Assembly (NCBI GenBank): GCA_002269645.1
Contig: NIVC01000110.1
Coordinates: 868,001 to 932,000, forward strand
DNA from: Macrostomum lignano
Lineage: Eukaryota
Length of the DNA: 64,000 nucleotides
Direction: 5' to 3'
Shown: positions 60,963 through 64,000 of the stretch, one piece after another
How the letters are laid out: each line of letters begins with the position of its first letter
Position numbering within the stretch: the first letter of the stretch is position 1
The notes under the pieces: model-generated
The model's database searches: none
The model's input: only the letters and a program-made list of their open reading frames with translations
What the model was told of the DNA's origin: nothing
Made by a program: the position numbers and the translations under genes

Positions 60963-61067
60963 ATTGAATGTCCCTCCTGTCTTCGTTGGTATCACACAGA
61001 ATGCGTCGAAGGGTCGACCGATCCAGGTTTTTGTTGCGCAACGTGCAAAGACATGTTTTCGCATTAG
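60963..61067 (+). CDS. Terminal exon completing a PHD finger
   Basis: CSAC...RINW|IECPSCLRWYHTECVEGSTDPGFCCATCKDMFSH* is a C4-H-C3 PHD pattern. Acceptor CATTTCTAG; not shown in the ORF track. Confidence 0.85.
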   Translation: MECPSCLRWYHTECVEGSTDPGFCCATCKDMFSH

Positions 61068-62469
61068 TTACTTGATTTTTACACAACTGTACATGTACGT
61101 GAATGTCGCCATTACTCGTAAATGGATCTCTCCAGTTCCTTATTTTTGGAGCAAGAGGTTCTCTAGATCTGGTTCTGAGTGCACCTGTGGCAGTCGCGAC
61201 GGCCAATCTTCCATGTACAGAAGGGTCGTGAGGCTGCTGCTTTTTGCTGCTAATTTTCTGACTAGAAAAATATGTATGGCCGCCCTCCCATCCCGTTGTT
61301 TTTGTTTGTTCGCCCGCTTTTTTCATCCCCCTATGCAGATGTTCGATTACGAGCCATGGAATGCAATATAATCAATTTATGCTAAGGACCACTCGAATTG
61401 GGGATCGACCGACATGGACATGAACAGGCGAACAACCATCCCACTCGAACAAAACAGGGGGCTCTAACCGCGGCCCATGCAGGTGTTCGATATTCTTTCA
61501 GAGAGTGGAGCAGCGCTCATTTAAATAGTTCAGTTTGCAACTTTCATGGGACTTCTCAGGGTTTTCAATCGGGCCTCTTCTACACTAAAAGTAGGACCTC
61601 TCGCCACAGTGGATCTTTGTGGCTCCGATTTAATCGAGAGCTTGACAACAGCGTGATGACTACTAAGAGTAATATTATTAGGGAACACATGCTCGATCTA
61701 ATGGTTGGTATAGAGCGATTATGAGCCGAACTGTTCAGTACATTTTGTATGTAAATCTATTTAAGTATTCATCTTTGTTGTAATTTAAATTCCTGTTATA
61801 ACCTTTTTATTGGTTACATGCATTTCATCAAAACTGTCCACGCTTTTATTGATGTTATTAGAAGTACCACGCGTGCATATACATAAATGCACATGTACGT
61901 AACATGTAATACTAAATACATCAAAAGTTCTCAGCGACTGTCACTTTGAAAATTTCGAAACAAGTTTGTATTTTTAACCCAAGCTGCATATCCCAACGGT
62001 TGCATAGAGTGGTGTAGAAATTAGGCCAAATGTTGCGTTATTTTTGTGCTAGGCTTGCGTGCCAAGCCAAGAGGAGTCTACAATTGGCACCTGCGCTTCA
62101 CAGGGCTGGCTTATACATGTACATGCAATATTTGGCTCGCGTTAGTAATTCAGACTTATGACTTATTACGCAGCTACGATCAGAGACTGAATTGGTATAG
62201 GGTTAACAACAGAAATGTTTGTGGACAATAGCTATTTGCATTAATAGCAATGAAAATTACATTCTGCTAATTGAATTTTACATTTGCAACGTGAGTGGAA
62301 TACTCACCAAAACAGTGCCGACATAATTCGCAGTCACGCATGCATGAGCTGGGTACATGTAACATGTATAATATACGGGCCTATATGCAGGTATTGCACT
62401 TCGCGTTGCATCGCGCTTACGAGCTAGCAAGCTATATGTGCATCATATAAATATACGATATACGAGCAC

Positions 62470-63140
62470 ATTAAAAAAACTCTTGCCATTCCGCTTTGCG
62501 TGGTCTGATGGACTTGAAGTTTCACAAAGATGTTTGTTTTGTGTGTAATAATTTTTCTGTAAATTTTCATGCAAATCCGAGCTGTACAAGTATTGCAAAT
62601 GAGCATACATGTTATACACTGTGCGCATATACAATGCATTATAAATACGAGCACCTTTAAAACTCTTGCCATTCCGCTTTGCGTGGTCTGATGGACTTGA
62701 AGTTTCACAAAGATGTTTGTTTTGTGTGTAATAATTTTTCTGTAAATTTTCATGCAAATCCGAGCTGTACAAGTATTGCAAATGAGCATACATGTTATAC
62801 ACTGTGCGCATATACAATGCATTATAAATACGAGCACCTTTAAAACTCTTGCCATTCCGCTTTGCGTGGTCTGATGGACTTGAAGTTTCACAGAGGTGTT
62901 TGTTTTGTGTGTAATAATTTTTCTGTAAATTTTCATGCAAATCCGAGCTGTACAAGTATTGCAAATGAGCATACATGTTATACACTGTGCGCATATACAA
63001 TGCATTATAAATACGAGCACCTTTAAAACTCTTGCCATTCCGCTTTGCGTGGTCTGATGGACTTGAAGTTTCACAGAGGTGTTTGTTTTGTGTGTAATAA
63101 TTTTTCTGTAAATTTTCAAGCAAATCCGAGCTGTACAAGT
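62470..63140 (-). repeat. Right arm: 183-bp tandem unit, ~3.6 copies, inverted relative to the left arm
   Basis: CCGAGCTGTAC recurs every 183 bp; reverse complement of the left-arm unit. Confidence 0.97.
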
Positions 63141-64000
63141 AGGTTTATTTTGTTGCATTTGTTAGAAATTGAATATCAATACGAATATCTATGGGGAAAC
63201 AGATACGTCTAAGTTAAGTTTAGTAGTAAAAAAACTAGTTAGAAAAAGATCTTTAAATTTCTGTCGGAAATCATATTGCTAAAACAAATAAAAAAATCTA
63301 TTAATTAGTTTGAAATCCTAAATGAGATTATTTTATCTGAAAAATAGCAGAAAGATTTCTTTCTAAATTTAACCTTTATTAAACATAAAATTATGGCTTA
63401 AAGTAAATTACAAAAAATTTGAAAAACATTTTCAGTCTGGTCGCGGGCCGCAGGGTTGCCAGTGCGCCAGGCAGTGAGTGTCATGTCACGGGCTGCCCAT
63501 GCCGACCAGCGCGCGAGCTGCTGCTGGTGCAACTATGAGACAACTAGATTATCCTAATGTTACAATGACTGAAGGCAGTGATCGGTGTGGCATGGTGTGT
63601 TCGCGTGGTTTTTGCTTAATTTCATCGAGTTATATGGGTATCATGAATTATGTCCTGTCTCCTGTCGAGTGTTGACTGTTGACCACAGGCGTAGAGCAGA
63701 AAATATAGTCAAATTTGCACATATTCTGACTTATTTATTGACAATGATGCTTAATACTGTCAACTGATGGCCTTATGCCCCTATTCAATTTAACAACAAC
63801 TTAGGGCCTAGGCTAGGCCAAAGTGTAATTTCTTTTTTTCTTATTTTAAGACTTTGAGCCTCTTCATATCGCCGATTCGAAAAACGGAACCGATTCCGAA
63901 CCGGTTCGATGCTCTTCATATCGATGGTTCGAAAAACAGAATCAGTTCCAGAACATGGTTCTAGTTCTAGAATATGGTTCGAGAAATTTTCTCAAACCAT

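Larger units (their letters stand above)
53316..63208 (+). mobile_element. Mutator-superfamily (Rehavkus/FB-NOF-like) DNA transposon, 9893 bp
   Basis: Perfect 9-bp TSD CTAAGTTAA (53307-53315 and 63209-63217). Terminal inverted ACGTATCTGTTTCCCCATAG... Arms are made of 183-bp tandem units; internal transposase-Ulp1-PHD gene. Confidence 0.9.

Noticed and set aside
60868-61724. Second, mudrB-like gene in the Mutator element (ORFs 60934-61326 minus, 60868-61371 plus, 61398-61724 plus)
   Set aside because: No recognisable motifs; the first two overlap the PHD exon in other frames. Cannot be supported without transcripts.
63856-64000. Short duplicated CTCTTCATATCG / GAACCGGTTC motifs at the right edge
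   Set aside because: Probably the start of another repeat element, but truncated by the window; cannot classify.

Overview
Animal genomic DNA, very rich in repeats; the style (GC-rich exons, minisatellite-filled introns) resembles a flatworm such as Macrostomum, which is inference only. Four host genes can be rebuilt by hand from splice sites and reading frame: a 2-exon calmodulin-like EF-hand gene (-, 4133-7278), a 6-exon SSUH2-like zinc-finger gene ending in a CaaX box (+, 15402-26228), a 6-exon calpain-5/TRA-3-type gene with an unusual active site (-, 29677-35254), and TAF4 with an uninterrupted CDS (-, 45586-47346). Most introns of the three spliced genes carry their own minisatellite. 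Mobile DNA includes the 5' end of an R1-like non-LTR retrotransposon at the left edge, several MITE/foldback elements, a tRNA-derived SINE, a hAT MITE family with internal CT/GA tracts, and an internally deleted hAT with a 5-bp TSD. The main finding is a nearly intact 9.9-kb Mutator-superfamily element (53316-63208, perfect 9-bp TSD CTAAGTTAA). Its inverted arms are built from 183-bp tandem units. Its spliced gene encodes a DNA-binding domain, a MULE DDE transposase, a Ulp1/SUMO-type cysteine protease with an intact triad, and a PHD finger. This matches the Rehavkus/FB-NOF type and is a candidate transposon-encoded anti-silencing module.
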